Shown here piece by piece: positions 62,093 through 64,000 of a stretch of 64,000 bases of DNA (positions are counted from its first letter, which is position 1; every line of letters starts with the position of its first letter). Below the pieces are notes generated by a model. It saw only the letters and a list, made by a program, of their open reading frames with translations, did not search any database and had not been told where the DNA came from. The stretch lies in IMG/VR virus record IMGVR_UViG_3300023055_000005; one strand, 5' to 3'. Source of the stretch: a virus. Taxonomy: Duplodnaviria > Caudoviricetes. Made by a program: the position numbers and the translations under genes.

Positions 62093-62128
62093 CCTTATGC
62101 GCTTTTCGAATACCACAACGGAGTTCCA

Positions 62129-62293
62129 ATGACTGAAGATAAGTTCACCAAGTGTAAGCCGGGTTCCTTCCTCGACAAGATGTACCGCGAGAAGTTCGGG
62201 CAGGTTTACATTGACTACATTGAAGTGGAAGAGCAGTGCACCTCGCGCTCCTCCACTGGGCCGGAGTTTGAGTTCGAGGATCTCGACGCATGA
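62129..62293 (+). CDS. Small hypothetical protein
   Basis: GGAG Shine-Dalgarno before ATG 62129; ATGA overlap with the next gene. Confidence 0.6.
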   Translation: MTEDKFTKCKPGSFLDKMYREKFGQVYIDYIEVEEQCTSRSSTGPEFEFEDLDA

Positions 62294-62823
62294 ACTTCAT
62301 GCCCCTGCTCTGCAATAAGCTGTGCATCTGCAAGTCCTCGTTCGGCTGGCTCATCATGACGCCGCTGTTCGTCTACATGTCCTCCTCTTCGGCGATGATG
62401 GGTCCGATCGTCTCCGGGTCCACCGCACTCACGATCAACGGCTGGTTGGTCACGTGGAAGTGGAAAGGCAAGCTGGTGTTCATGTGGTCCTTCACTGAAC
62501 TGCTCCCCGCGGTTAAGAAGTGGATCCTTGGACCGAATACCAACGAGTTCAAGGAGACCGGGGCGTGGACCTACGCCTACCTGCCTGATGGCTCGTCGGC
62601 GATCGTCAAAGAGGGCTACCTCACCGTCCACAATCGCCGCTGGCGTAAGAGCGTTCCACATGGCCGTCTGTACGAGGTCGTTGGCTTCCCCGGTTATCTC
62701 AAGGCGCCATGCCTTCAAAGCGCCGCAGAAAAGGCCGAAGCATCCTTCAAGGCACTCGAAGAGTTGTCGGGACTGGTCAACGAACTGCAAACCGATATCA
62801 ACAACTCTGCACTGAAAGCGTAA
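62290..62823 (+). CDS. Hypothetical protein, hydrophobic N-terminus
   Basis: 177 aa in operon. Confidence 0.65.
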   Translation: MNFMPLLCNKLCICKSSFGWLIMTPLFVYMSSSSAMMGPIVSGSTALTINGWLVTWKWKGKLVFMWSFTELLPAVKKWILGPNTNEFKETGAWTYAYLPDGSSAIVKEGYLTVHNRRWRKSVPHGRLYEVVGFPGYLKAPCLQSAAEKAEASFKALEELSGLVNELQTDINNSALKA

Positions 62824-62872
62824 CACCCTCCTTCGCAGTATCACTAAAACACAACGTATCACGGAGATAGAC

Positions 62873-63379
62873 ATGAGCAACATTGCACAGCTGACCCAGA
62901 CCGTTTCCCTCGAAGTCAATGCCTACACCGATCAGGCACGACTCCAGGAGATCGCAGCCAAGCTGCGTTCGATGATGGTCCAGGACGGCCAGGATGAAGC
63001 AAACCTGACGACCCACGCTTCGTCCGACAACAAGCCGGAATATCCGACGGCTGTGATCAAGACCGAGTTCCGCTGCAAGGGTTTTCGCAACATGCTGGAG
63101 ATCGACATCCAGCTCAGCGAAAGCCTGCTGACCAACAACCTGCTGATGGTGGACCACAAACGTCGCCTGCAAGCCTACGCCGCCGGTAAGGAAGCGCTGT
63201 GGGTCATCAACGAGTTGAACAAGACTCTGCTGGATGATCCGGAAAGTTCCAACCCGCAGCTGGACAAGTACATCAACCGCGGCCAGCGCATCATCCTGCG
63301 GAAAGAGTACGACGCTCACGCATTCCACCGCGAACTGGTCAAGCTGCAGGACGAAATCCTCGGCTCCCTCCCCAAGTAA
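62873..63379 (+). CDS. Hypothetical protein
   Basis: GGAG Shine-Dalgarno. Confidence 0.78.
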   Translation: MSNIAQLTQTVSLEVNAYTDQARLQEIAAKLRSMMVQDGQDEANLTTHASSDNKPEYPTAVIKTEFRCKGFRNMLEIDIQLSESLLTNNLLMVDHKRRLQAYAAGKEALWVINELNKTLLDDPESSNPQLDKYINRGQRIILRKEYDAHAFHRELVKLQDEILGSLPK

Positions 63380-63450
63380 CTGACCCACCCTCTCAGGGCG
63401 GGGGCACAACCCGCCCTTTCCTTTGAGCAATACCCTTAACGGAGTTTCAC

Positions 63451-64000
63451 ATGACCAACGTACAGCTTACCCAGAAACTGGACTTCCCCGGCTGGCATGA
63501 TGTCAATGGCATCCCCAGTGGACTGTGGGACGATCCCAACTGCGACTTCGAGTCCTACATCGAGGGTCGCTACAACTACGCCGATGTTGAGTTCCATCAC
63601 CCGCAGTTCCTGCCCTACGGCGTTCGTGAACAGGCTCGTGCCGATACCAGCCTGAGCCGTGGCATGAATGAGTTCAAGACCGACCTGCGTTACGTGGTCA
63701 CCAACGGCATGCTGGTGTTTGAAACCTACTACACCTACAGCGGCGCCAGCGTTGATCGGTTCCCGGCAGTTGCTGTACTGACCCCGGACGAACTACTGGT
63801 CTTCGGCGCACCTGACTGGGGCCTGTGGGCGGATCGTACTTTCACCAAGGACGATTACCTGCGCTTCAACATCGCCAAGCTGCGTCTGTCGTTGCCGCTG
63901 CTGATGCGGCACAACCTGATCATGCAAGGCGACAACAAGTACGTCTTCGCCGAGATCTATCGCTCCAACCGCTCGGCCAACACCAGCAACCGTGCAGCCA
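63451..64000 (+). CDS. Hypothetical protein, runs off window end (partial)
   Basis: GGAGTTTCAC-ATG; open frame MTNVQLTQKLDFPGWHDV... to base 64000. Confidence 0.75.
   Translation, partial: MTNVQLTQKLDFPGWHDVNGIPSGLWDDPNCDFESYIEGRYNYADVEFHHPQFLPYGVREQARADTSLSRGMNEFKTDLRYVVTNGMLVFETYYTYSGASVDRFPAVAVLTPDELLVFGAPDWGLWADRTFTKDDYLRFNIAKLRLSLPLLMRHNLIMQGDNKYVFAEIYRSNRSANTSNRAA

Noticed and set aside
1-64000. tRNA, tmRNA or rRNA genes
   Set aside because: No GTTCRA T-loop with a matching acceptor stem was found by eye; tRNAscan-SE or ARAGORN would be needed to exclude them fully.
1-64000. Naming the host or the exact phage
   Set aside because: High GC suggests a GC-rich proteobacterial host, but the sequence alone cannot identify it.

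Overview
This is a 64-kb segment of a GC-rich, phiKZ-like (Chimalliviridae-type, probably nucleus-forming) jumbo phage genome. It is densely coding, with no tRNA, CRISPR array or IS seen. The left half follows the phiKZ core gene order (about gp68 to gp101, assigned from motifs and recalled synteny, not from a search). That order is: the end of an upstream gene, a PicA/Imp1-like protein with an Arg/Asp-rich tail, two non-virion RNA polymerase subunits (beta C-terminal, beta' C-terminal), an SF2 helicase, a DarG-like macrodomain, a tail/baseplate chaperone pair, the virion RNAP beta' C-terminal subunit, the exonuclease half of a split family-B DNA polymerase, and a virion/head/baseplate cluster. 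An early-gene islet (16.1-21.0 kb) is inserted in this core. The right half is accessory: a CX5R phosphatase, DHFR, a modular endolysin, Tmk, ThyA and many small ORFs. The best leads are five. (1) A predicted -1 ribosomal frameshift (T TTT TTC at 10707-10701, minus strand) that fuses two tail-chaperone-like ORFs. (2) An early protein with two IF2-N-like domains and no GTPase (58782-59807). (3) A ~290-nt highly structured intergenic RNA candidate with a terminator/antiterminator alternative (61798-62092). (4) A dispersed CATA-hairpin-TATG element family, including near-identical inverted copies 50 kb apart. (5) A set of early single-pass membrane microproteins with Lys-rich tails behind a shared phage promoter motif. 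Most long antisense ORFs in the supplied track are shadows of GC codon bias.
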